Shown here piece after piece: positions 7,332-15,099 of a DNA stretch of 56,381 nucleotides (positions are counted from its first letter, which is position 1; each line of letters starts with the position of its first letter). The stretch is from Eubacteriales bacterium (GTDB lineage Bacteria; Bacillota; Clostridia; Oscillospirales; CAG-272). The translations under genes and the position numbers were made by a program. Below the pieces are notes generated by a model. It had not been told where the DNA came from and made no database searches. It worked only from the letters and a program-made list of their open reading frames with translations. The stretch spans positions 1 through 56,381 of the forward strand of contig JAZQXS010000159.1 of NCBI GenBank assembly GCA_045633025.1, written 5' to 3'.

Positions 7332-7613
7332 GATAAACCTCCTAACCCATTATCGTAAAAGTTAAGCCCCTTCCGTAATCGGAGGGGGCTTTTTGTTTCG
7401 CTGCAATCAAGCAGCTCGGAGGGCTACGACGGAACGGGGGTAACGACCATCTGCGCTCCTATTGGCTTGTGACTAAAAACCACTCGATCGTGGGCTGAAA
7501 CCTTGCAAGCCTGACCGTTCATTTGGTCGGTTCTCTTTCCTCGCCCGTCGGAAGAAACAGGCTCCGCGCAGACGGAAGAAGCAGAACCTCCTGCGCTCGC
7601 CTATATTATACCA
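7332..7613 (-). promoter_or_regulatory. Leader of the cysteine desulfurase gene: an extended -10 promoter, about 230 nt of structured RNA, then a terminator-like hairpin
   Basis: On the minus strand, TGGTATAAT at 7613-7605 and hairpin GCCCCCTCC...GGAAGGGGC at 7389-7366, followed by TTAACTTTT and then the RBS. Confidence 0.4.
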
Positions 7614-8491
7614 CTTCCGCGCCCCTTTGTCTACACCTGTTCCAAAATTATTTCTTATCCCGCCGTTTTCACCGCCCAAAGCACGCTCCACCACGCGCAT
7701 CCAAGCCCTTTCCATACATATTTCCAACCCCTCTCATCATGATCCTTAAACACCAATAAATCTATACAAAATACCGCAACCAGCATCGAGAACGCTTTAG
7801 GTGGGGGAAGTGCTACGGCAGGGCTTCCACTTTCGCGCCGCCTTTCGACTTGAAAAGCACCCCGCCCGCCTTTTCTGTTGCTATAATTATATATTATATA
7901 AACAAACGCAAACGGGGACGGCACACCCGGATCGTATCTTTTCCGGTTGATCCCGTCGGCTTCCGTCCCGGTGCGGGCTTCCGCGTTCGCGCGTGTTGTG
8001 AATGATATTCAATCTATATATAAGAACAAGACGCGCAGAGGATGAGACCATATTATAAATACCATAGCTAAAATATAAATAAGAATATAATATATATAAA
8101 TATATAATATATAAGGGCGTTTATTGAATATATAAAGTGGTCAAGCGATTGCATTATATAATAATATAAATGTGTATAGAGGGGGGCGCATGGGCGTAGC
8201 CGTCGATGGGTAGGCGGGGCGTGCCAGGCTTTCGGCTTCGCGCGGCGTTTTTGTTTTGTTGTTATAATTAACAAAATTTGCGGATTTTGAAAAATAATAT
8301 AGCGTCAGCAGAGGCGCGCAGGGGGCGCGTGGGCGCGTTTTGTGGCGTTTGTTTTCATTGCGGATGCGTTCGGGGCTTGTAGGGCGTTTTTTGGGCTTCT
8401 GCGAGGGTTATAATTCCAAAGTATTTAGCAACTTGCACAAATGCGCATGCTTAAAAACGGGCTGTTTTTGTGTAGGTTGCAAAAGTCGTTA

Positions 8492-8520
8492 TTGACTTTT
8501 AGGCGGTTTTGTGGTATAAT
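8492..8520 (+). promoter_or_regulatory. Consensus promoter for the plus-strand island
   Basis: TTGACT at 8492-8497, a 17-bp spacer ending in TG, then TATAAT at 8515-8520. Confidence 0.65.
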
Positions 8521-8545
8521 ATAAGAGAAGAAAGGAGGCGAGACC

Positions 8546-8695
8546 ATGAAGCAGGCGGAGATATTCCGACTGATTGGAGATGATGCCGAGATGATGAGCG
8601 ATTCAACCTTGCAAAAGTTGATTGAGTATCTGAAAAGCGTTAAAGGCTGGACGGATTCCGAAGTCGTGGCGCTGCTTGAACACATCACGAAATAA
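8546..8695 (+). CDS. Hypothetical small protein (49 aa, MKQAEIFRLIGDDAEMMSDSTLQKLIEYLKSVKGWTDSEVVALLEHITK)
   Basis: AAAGGAGG RBS before the ATG and a consensus promoter 25 nt upstream. It is too short to appear in the ORF track. Confidence 0.5.
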   Translation: MKQAEIFRLIGDDAEMMSDSTLQKLIEYLKSVKGWTDSEVVALLEHITK

Positions 8696-8934
8696 AAAAG
8701 GGCTTTCGGTCTAACTTCCTACGGCTAACCGAAAACCCAAAAACGAGAACTAAAGCAAATCAAAAGCAGGGGCGAAAAATCCGCCTGCCGTCCTTGCTTG
8801 CTTTGGCTCGTGATTATTGTACCACAAACGGCGGAAAAAGTCAAGAGAAAATCAAAAAAATATTTTCCTGAACAGATCAGGAGCAGAACAGCGCAAGACC
8901 GCACCAACACGGGCGGCAGCTGGGGAGGTTTATA

Positions 8935-9138
8935 ATGAGCTTTGAACAGACGAAAATTTTTGCGGACCTTGTAAACAATTTTACAAGAATTGCGAACGAA
9001 CACCGGCACGACGTCGGACGGGATCAGATGGCAGCGGATATGGTCGCGCGATGGTCGCGTATACACGGCTCGGATCGGATCGAAAAAGTCGCGCGCAAGG
9101 CTAACCAAAAAGCGAAAGTAAAATTTTATTCTGTTTGA
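8935..9138 (+). CDS. Hypothetical protein (67 aa)
   Basis: GGGGAGG RBS before the ATG. Same strand as its neighbours. Confidence 0.5.
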   Translation: MSFEQTKIFADLVNNFTRIANEHRHDVGRDQMAADMVARWSRIHGSDRIEKVARKANQKAKVKFYSV

Positions 9139-9288
9139 GTTTGGAGGTCTTGAAAATGACTATCAAAAAGTCGTCCCGGCGACTATAAAAAGCAGATCAA
9201 GCCGGGAGCGTTCCCGCCGATCATGGCGGGAGGTTCTGGAACGGTAAGACCGTAAACGCGAAAAGCGGCGGCGCGTTCGGGGGTATCT

Positions 9289-10935
9289 ATGGAATACACA
9301 TTGACGAAAAATGCGGACTTTGGATCTTTGGAAATCACTTTTGACGGCAAGCCCGCTCAGTCGATCCGTGACGCGCTGAAGGCGTTGCGCTTCAGATGGC
9401 ACGGCGTGCGCCGCGTTTGGTACGGATACGCGGACGAACAGACGACCCGCGCAGCTCTTGACGGTTCGACCGTCGGTTGGACCGTTCCGGCGGCAAACGT
9501 TCAGAACAACGACCAGGCAGAACAGCCCGCGCGCGTTTCTTCCCTTCCGTCGATCCGGTTCTATTACAACGGGATCAAGGTCAACGGCGGCGAGCTGATC
9601 AAGTGCCATTATAGCGCGGATGCCGGCAGCGTGACCATCTACGCGCAGAGATACGGCGCAGACCTTCCGCGCGCATTGTTCGACGTGCGGAATGATACCG
9701 ACTTCATGACGGACTACTTCGACAAGGACAGCGCAACGATTCCGGCAGATCATCCCCTTTTCCGCTTTGCGTTCTATATGGCAAAGAAAGAGGAATACAA
9801 GCAGCACGCGCGCACGCTGGAACGTCAGAAGAAAAACCCGCGTTTATATTCCTACTTGACAGCAGAGCAGCGCGCCGCAAAAATGCGCGAGTTTGAACAG
9901 CTCACCGATCCCGGACAACCTACAAACGCGGACCTTCTGAAGATCGAGGACATGAACGCGTCACGCGAGAAAGCACGCAAAGAGGCAGAGGAAGCCGCCG
10001 AGCGCGAGCGCGTCGCAACCTTTGAACGGAAGAAGGCAAGCGGAGTGCAGACCATCCGCGAGGGCTTGGAGCGTTTCCCGCTGGACGAGAACGGCGGCGA
10101 CTTTGTTATGATCGAATGGTCAGAGCATCCCGCATTTTATGAGCACGAGGAGCGCGGCGGGCTGAAGCTCTCCATCATGGCGGCGGATTGGATCATGCGC
10201 GAGCTGGACGAGGAGCAGAACAGAACCCGCGAGACCGAGGACGGGCGCGGCTGGTACGATAAAACGAGCTTTAGGATCTACAAGGGCGGCGAGTGCGTTT
10301 ATAGTGGACGCTATGACCTGGGCGACAATGATGGCGGCTTGATCGCGCACATCAGCGCAAACGCGGCAAACCGTGACCTTGACGAGGACGAGCGAGCCGT
10401 TATCGAGTGGATCAGAGCGCAAGCGGGGATCACTTCCCCGATCCCCGTTCCCGTACACGTTGCGACCATTGCGGAACAGATCACCGCGGCGGACTTGCAG
10501 AGCGGAGAAGATTTTACAATGCTCTATCTTGATCCGTGGATCATGACGGCGACCACCACGGCGGCAACGGTGAACAGCGCGAGCGCGTGCGAGTACGCAC
10601 AGCACAAGGACGCCGCGCGGATCGAGTACACGCCGAAAGGAAAACGGAAGGCGCGAACGATCCACATCAGCGGGCGCGATGCGTGCGTGATATGGCGCGG
10701 CATTCTTCCCGACGTTCCGAACAGTATCAAATACACCGATTGCGGCAGCTCGTCCATGCTCCAGCGCGTCAATTATGCGGGAGAAAATGCGCTGGACTAT
10801 ATGCGGCGCGCGGTAGAATATTATCGCTCTATCGGCTTTGTGCCGGTGTTTGATACGGTATCAGAGCCGGAACAGCCCGAACCCGTGGAAAGTCTGGACG
10901 ATTCCAGTGTGGAATATATCGCATATTATTCATAA
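9289..10935 (+). CDS. Large hypothetical protein. Its N-terminal module resembles domains of large polyvalent proteins from conjugative elements and phages.
   Basis: 548-aa ORF. The N-terminus GSLEITFDGKPAQSIRDALKALRFRWHGVRRVWYGY is recognised by pattern only. Confidence 0.65.
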   Translation: MEYTLTKNADFGSLEITFDGKPAQSIRDALKALRFRWHGVRRVWYGYADEQTTRAALDGSTVGWTVPAANVQNNDQAEQPARVSSLPSIRFYYNGIKVNGGELIKCHYSADAGSVTIYAQRYGADLPRALFDVRNDTDFMTDYFDKDSATIPADHPLFRFAFYMAKKEEYKQHARTLERQKKNPRLYSYLTAEQRAAKMREFEQLTDPGQPTNADLLKIEDMNASREKARKEAEEAAERERVATFERKKASGVQTIREGLERFPLDENGGDFVMIEWSEHPAFYEHEERGGLKLSIMAADWIMRELDEEQNRTRETEDGRGWYDKTSFRIYKGGECVYSGRYDLGDNDGGLIAHISANAANRDLDEDERAVIEWIRAQAGITSPIPVPVHVATIAEQITAADLQSGEDFTMLYLDPWIMTATTTAATVNSASACEYAQHKDAARIEYTPKGKRKARTIHISGRDACVIWRGILPDVPNSIKYTDCGSSSMLQRVNYAGENALDYMRRAVEYYRSIGFVPVFDTVSEPEQPEPVESLDDSSVEYIAYYS

Positions 10936-11005
10936 GCGCAGAACAGACAAAGAGCCGGTAAGCCCTGAACCGCCAGCAATGGCGTCAGGCGCGGCGGGGG
11001 ATATT

Positions 11006-11230
11006 ATGGAACAGATCAAAATCAGGGTTTTGCAAAAAGTCAATTGGTGCGTTGCCGATCTTCTTAATAAATGGGTCAAGGAAAACGGCGGGATTTTTGC
11101 ACGGGATCATTTTTTCGGTGCGCATATAATCAAGGGCGGCGTTAGACATTACCCCGTTGACGGTGTAAAGGTAGAAAGGCACGACGACGGGACCGAAACA
11201 GTCACGGTTTACCTTGTGGTGAGAGATTGA
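11006..11230 (+). CDS. Hypothetical protein (74 aa)
   Basis: Internal ATG after a G-rich RBS. MEQIKIRVLQKVNWCVADLL... Confidence 0.5.
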   Translation: MEQIKIRVLQKVNWCVADLLNKWVKENGGIFARDHFFGAHIIKGGVRHYPVDGVKVERHDDGTETVTVYLVVRD

Positions 11231-11315
11231 CCGAACAGCCGAGGCGGGCGGCATATCCCGCCAAAATAAGCCCATAAGCCGCCACCGATACGGGGCGCGG
11301 GGCGGAGGTCAGAAC

Positions 11316-11489
11316 ATGAAAAAATACATTTGTAGGCTTTTAGTGCTTCCCTGCTTGGTCGTTAGCCTTTTGGCGGTCGTGATCGTAACGGGAGCGATCG
11401 AGAACGGCGGCGCGTTGTCTTTGTGCTGGATCGCATTTGCGGCGATCGGCGCGACGTGGGTGATCATCAGAACAGCCGCCAAGGGCTGA
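11316..11489 (+). CDS. Small membrane protein (57 aa)
   Basis: GGAGG RBS. Hand translation gives MKKYICRLLVLPCLVVSLLAVVIVTGAIENGGALSLCWIAFAAIGATWVIIRTAAKG, with two hydrophobic helices. Preferred over the antisense 11309-11521 ORF. Confidence 0.45.
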   Translation: MKKYICRLLVLPCLVVSLLAVVIVTGAIENGGALSLCWIAFAAIGATWVIIRTAAKG

Positions 11490-11524
11490 AACGTCAGAAC
11501 AGACCGATGGGAGTAGATCACGGC

Positions 11525-11992
11525 ATGAACATTTTTCTACCCTACCCCGAAAGCGCGGCGCGATCTGCGGCGGCTCTAGATGATCGGCGGCTTGTCAAGC
11601 AGATTTTGGAATGCAAGATCCTGCTTGACATTGCCACGCAGAACAGAACAGACGGCTATGCGCGTCACCCCGTCGCCGTACACTACCGAGGACAGACCGA
11701 TTTCCTGCGTTTCTACGGCTTGGAGTGTTGCCGCGAGTATTTGCACCGCTTTAACCGTCCGCACGCCTACGCGCCTTATTTCGCGGCTCTCCGTGCGGGC
11801 GAAAAGCAGCCCGATTATATCCCGTTTTACGCCGAGGGCAGCAGAACAGACCCGAAAAGCATCAGAACCACCGAGAACGTCGGCGATCTATTCCGCGCGA
11901 AGCTCTGCCGCAAGTGGCAGACCGACAGAACAGAACCCCGTTGGACGAACAGAACAGCACCCGAATTTTACAGAACAGCTCGTAAGTCCTGA
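11525..11992 (+). CDS. Pyrimidine-dimer DNA glycosylase / endonuclease V (DenV)-like protein
   Basis: MNIFLPY...LDDRRLVKQILECKILL and DYIPFYAEGS resemble T4 endonuclease V (LADQHLMAEYRE and DYIPHEAS). Similarity judged by eye. Confidence 0.5.
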   Translation: MNIFLPYPESAARSAAALDDRRLVKQILECKILLDIATQNRTDGYARHPVAVHYRGQTDFLRFYGLECCREYLHRFNRPHAYAPYFAALRAGEKQPDYIPFYAEGSRTDPKSIRTTENVGDLFRAKLCRKWQTDRTEPRWTNRTAPEFYRTARKS

Positions 11993-12023
11993 CCTACGGG
12001 CAGGCAGAGAAAAGGAGAACAGC

Positions 12024-12968
12024 ATGACACACGCAGAATACAAAAAGGCGGTCGGGCAGTATCTTTCTGCCCTTCCCTCACTCAATAAAAGCGAACGGAC
12101 ACAGGCGGCATATAAAGCCGTTTTAAGCGCATTTGATGCCTTTTCGGGAAAACACCTTGCCGAGGGCGAGAACGGCTCACAGATAGGCAAATTGGCTGTC
12201 GTGGCGTGGCGTTCCGCGCTTGCGGAGCAGAACAGCAACAACACGGTGCATCACCGACTCGTCTGCCTACACGCTTTTTTCGTTTGGGCGTGCCGCATGG
12301 GGCTTTGCAATGAAAACCCCGTGGACGTTGAGGATATACCCGATTTACAAGAGGTCGAATATGATCTTTTGACCTACGACGAGATCAAGACTATTTTGGT
12401 CGAAACGCCGAAAAAAGGCGTTCACGAAAAAAACACTTGCAGAAACCGCGCGATTGTGTTATTATTATGTACGACGGGACTGCGGAACAGTGAGCTTCGG
12501 CATCTGCGCTTGTCTGACCTTGACTTTGAGAACGGTACGATCTCCGTCCGACACGGCAAAGGAGACAAAAGCAGGACGGTCGCATTCCCTGCCCGCGCGA
12601 GAACGGCGGTGCAGGAATATCTTGCAAGCGGTGCGCGACCTGATTCGGTTGGTCCTGATGGTCTTTTGTTTGGGACAGGCGCGGACGAGAACGGGCACGG
12701 CAGAACAGCCGAGTGGCACGCGATCACGTCGCAGGGCTTGCTTGGCATTGTGAACCGTTACACAGAGAAGTGCTGCGGTCACGCGGTTAGCGTCCACGCG
12801 CTCCGTCACGCGGCGGCATCGCTTTGGGATCACCTCAACATTACGCCGAGCGAGATGCAACAGGCTCTCGGGCATTCGAGCATTACCACCACAATGGGGA
12901 TCTATCGGCACGTTTTGAAATCAGACAAGGCGGCAAAGAGCATCAATGCCGCTCTTGATTCAATGTAA
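12024..12968 (+). CDS. Second tyrosine recombinase (XerC/D-like)
   Basis: AAGGAG RBS. Catalytic motifs TGLRNSEL...VHALRHAAAS...MGIYRHV. Confidence 0.85.
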   Translation: MTHAEYKKAVGQYLSALPSLNKSERTQAAYKAVLSAFDAFSGKHLAEGENGSQIGKLAVVAWRSALAEQNSNNTVHHRLVCLHAFFVWACRMGLCNENPVDVEDIPDLQEVEYDLLTYDEIKTILVETPKKGVHEKNTCRNRAIVLLLCTTGLRNSELRHLRLSDLDFENGTISVRHGKGDKSRTVAFPARARTAVQEYLASGARPDSVGPDGLLFGTGADENGHGRTAEWHAITSQGLLGIVNRYTEKCCGHAVSVHALRHAAASLWDHLNITPSEMQQALGHSSITTTMGIYRHVLKSDKAAKSINAALDSM

Positions 12969-12996
12969 TTGCAGAACAGAAAGGAACAGAACAGAC

Positions 12997-13410
12997 ATGG
13001 AAGAAGCAAAGAAGGAAATCATCATCAGAACAGGAGACAAGGTAATCACAGCGGACGGTCGCGTCGGTCGCGTGACCTCGGTCTGCGACTGCGAAAAATG
13101 TGCAAAACGCGGATTTTTTGAACCCACATATGAGATCAAAGGAGATCCCGATGAGCATTATATCATGATCGGTCAGTATCAAGCGGGATTCCCCGACTTC
13201 TACCTGATCGGCAAGAATTTCTTTGGCAATAAGATCAGCACCGAGGAGATGGCACGAAGGATCGCAGAACAGCGCGAGGTCGTGGAAAGAGAAAAGGAAA
13301 AGCTCGATGCACTCCGAAAACAGTGGTGGACGCTGAATGAGCGCATGATTCCCGATTGGAAAGAGCGCGAGGAAGCACGACGCAAGAAGAACGCAGAACA
13401 GAACACATAA
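12997..13410 (+). CDS. Hypothetical protein (137 aa, CxxC motif, charged C-terminus)
   Basis: ATG at 12997 after AAAGGAAC. ORF on the same strand as its neighbours. Confidence 0.6.
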   Translation: MEEAKKEIIIRTGDKVITADGRVGRVTSVCDCEKCAKRGFFEPTYEIKGDPDEHYIMIGQYQAGFPDFYLIGKNFFGNKISTEEMARRIAEQREVVEREKEKLDALRKQWWTLNERMIPDWKEREEARRKKNAEQNT

Positions 13411-13411
13411 C

Positions 13412-13439
13412 AAAAAGCCCCCGATTCGGGGGCTTTTCT
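13412..13439. terminator. Bidirectional intrinsic terminator between convergent operons
   Basis: AAAAAGCCCCCGATTCGGGGGCTTTTCTT. Confidence 0.7.
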
Positions 13440-13440
13440 T

Positions 13441-15096
13441 TTAGATGATGCAGAACACGGGGACGATACCGTTTGCACCGACGCCTTGGGTAGACGTAAG
13501 ATTTCCGTCCGTATAAACCACTCGCGCAGACGAAGCATTGTTTGTGTTGGCAGATCGCATTCGCCACGTGCGCGCGTTTCCGTTATAGCGTTTGATTCTA
13601 TCGGTTGCAGTCGTGTTTCCTTGCCAGTAGGTGAAAAATTGACCTTCTTGAACGCCGTTATTCAGTACGCCAGCCAACTCTGTATAGGAGATTAAAAACA
13701 CCTTGTCCTCGGTCGTATCGTACAGGGTATCGTCTACAATATCACACGTAGGTATCGCGCTCTTGAGAACGACCGTCCCGATAGAATTGACAAAAGATTT
13801 GTCCTTCCCGTAAAGGAATCCTGCTATATTGGAATTTACGGGCCAGGTATCAAAAACGGTTGCGGGCTTCCACCAGTTTGAGTATCCCGGTGACGCGGGC
13901 GCGGCATCCGAATTGAGCCATTGGCGAATCGCGGAGTCGCGCCATCTGTTTGTTCCGTAAGCGCATCTCTGTGTAAAATTATGCTTCCCGTCGTCTGTAA
14001 AATACTGTCTTTCGAACGATGTAAATACGCCAAGATCGGTAGATTGGGTGGTTCCGTCCCAAATAGTGACCGCGATGCCGGATGCTATAGCGTTTTTGTC
14101 AGCTCTGTAAATGGACACCCTACCATCTGTAATCTGCGAGGTATTATAAGACGGAGATTGAATGACCCCTACCGAATTGTGACGAATGCCGCCCCCCGCC
14201 GGAATGGGAATGGTCGTGGTGAACATATAGGTGGCATCCTGTCCCGTCGAGCCGTCGTAGGCACCGTGGTTCAAGGTAAAGCGGTAATTCCCAGCCGGGA
14301 GCTCGACGTCTGTATAATAAAGGAGCTGAGTACCCGAATAAGGGATGGTGCCGTAATACGGAACCTCGGAAGCCCCGCACACAAGGCAGTTTGACAGATT
14401 GACATTTTTCGGTGTCTCCTGATTGAAGCCGAGCACGTCATAGGAATCCGTCGTGGAGACCATCGTAATGGTCAAGGTGTCACCTACGGAAGGCATTCCC
14501 CCCGAAAGCGTGACACCGAGAAGGGATAGGCTGACCGCTTCCCCGTCCTCTCTGACCCATCCGTTTCCGCTATACGTAAATACATAAGTTCCCGCGATGG
14601 AGCCGTCGAGATAGGAGACGAACGCAAGCGCATCAAGAGACGCGGACAAAGAGGAATTGGAGGAGGTTATGGTGCAGGAATCCCCGTCAACCGTTTCAAG
14701 GGAAAGCTGCTGACCGACGGCGTAGTCCATCGGAGCCGTTCCGAATCGCACCGAGCGTTGAACCGCGTACCAAGACGCGTCATCAAGCGTGGATTGCTCA
14801 AAGTCCTGCGTCTCCCAAACAATCGCGTTTCGGAAGGAATTGTAAATGGTTGCCACCCAAACGGATTGTCCTTTTTTCATGTACGCCGCCTTGGAGGAAT
14901 ACGGAAGCGTCAGAACGGTACGGTCGGAAATAAGGCGCACGTCGCACACGTTCCCCTTCTCCGCGCTTGAATATGGCGGATTGACCACGACCCCCTTATA
15001 TACCCGAAAGCAATCCTTCGTTTGCTTACGGATAGTGTCGGCGGCTATCGTCTCGATGACCTTTCGGATCTGTTGGGTTAATGCAAGCGAACTCAT
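13441..15096 (-). CDS. Tail fibre / receptor-binding protein candidate. Its C-terminal domain resembles the DGR target scaffold.
   Basis: Last gene of the tail module. C-terminus TWRMRSANTNNASSARVVYTDGNLTSTQGVGANGIVPVFCII. Confidence 0.55.
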   Translation of the reverse strand: MSSLALTQQIRKVIETIAADTIRKQTKDCFRVYKGVVVNPPYSSAEKGNVCDVRLISDRTVLTLPYSSKAAYMKKGQSVWVATIYNSFRNAIVWETQDFEQSTLDDASWYAVQRSVRFGTAPMDYAVGQQLSLETVDGDSCTITSSNSSLSASLDALAFVSYLDGSIAGTYVFTYSGNGWVREDGEAVSLSLLGVTLSGGMPSVGDTLTITMVSTTDSYDVLGFNQETPKNVNLSNCLVCGASEVPYYGTIPYSGTQLLYYTDVELPAGNYRFTLNHGAYDGSTGQDATYMFTTTIPIPAGGGIRHNSVGVIQSPSYNTSQITDGRVSIYRADKNAIASGIAVTIWDGTTQSTDLGVFTSFERQYFTDDGKHNFTQRCAYGTNRWRDSAIRQWLNSDAAPASPGYSNWWKPATVFDTWPVNSNIAGFLYGKDKSFVNSIGTVVLKSAIPTCDIVDDTLYDTTEDKVFLISYTELAGVLNNGVQEGQFFTYWQGNTTATDRIKRYNGNARTWRMRSANTNNASSARVVYTDGNLTSTQGVGANGIVPVFCII

Positions 15097-15099
15097 GGT

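Noticed and set aside
7400-7612. SRP RNA (plus-strand CGGAAGAAGCAGAAC resembles the helix-8 motif) or a T-box leader
   Set aside because: The GGAA tetraloop is not closed by the required base pairs, and the flanking symmetric-loop sequence is off by one nucleotide. No T-box 14-mer or specifier/K-turn arrangement could be found. The region is kept only as an unclassified leader.
7905-7995. Possible tRNA or tRNA fragment (GGTTGATCC-like sequence) as an att core
   Set aside because: No cloverleaf can be drawn, and T-loop and D-loop consensus sequences are absent on both strands.
8040-8180. TA-rich repeats as a CRISPR array or microsatellite
   Set aside because: There is no regular repeat-spacer periodicity and no cas genes. 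It is irregular A/T-rich DNA.
8068-8274. 68-aa ORF across the TA-rich island, and ORFs 7473-7924 and 8425-8688
   Set aside because: The low-complexity translations (IYIIF, YYIM) are a compositional artefact. They lack RBSs, and 8425-8688 is antisense to a well-supported small gene.
11580-12023. N-terminal 148 residues of the 462-aa ORF containing the recombinase
   Set aside because: This part overlaps the DenV-like gene in another frame and is Arg/Ser/Thr-rich. A good AAGGAG-ATG start at 12024 gives a normal 314-aa recombinase.
13441-13620. Tail fibre C-terminus as a third DGR variable repeat
   Set aside because: The protein pattern is similar, but the DNA shares neither the TR flanks (TGCGTTTCCCCGCGCGGC and GGGGTTCGCCCGT) nor the AAC-derived codon pattern.
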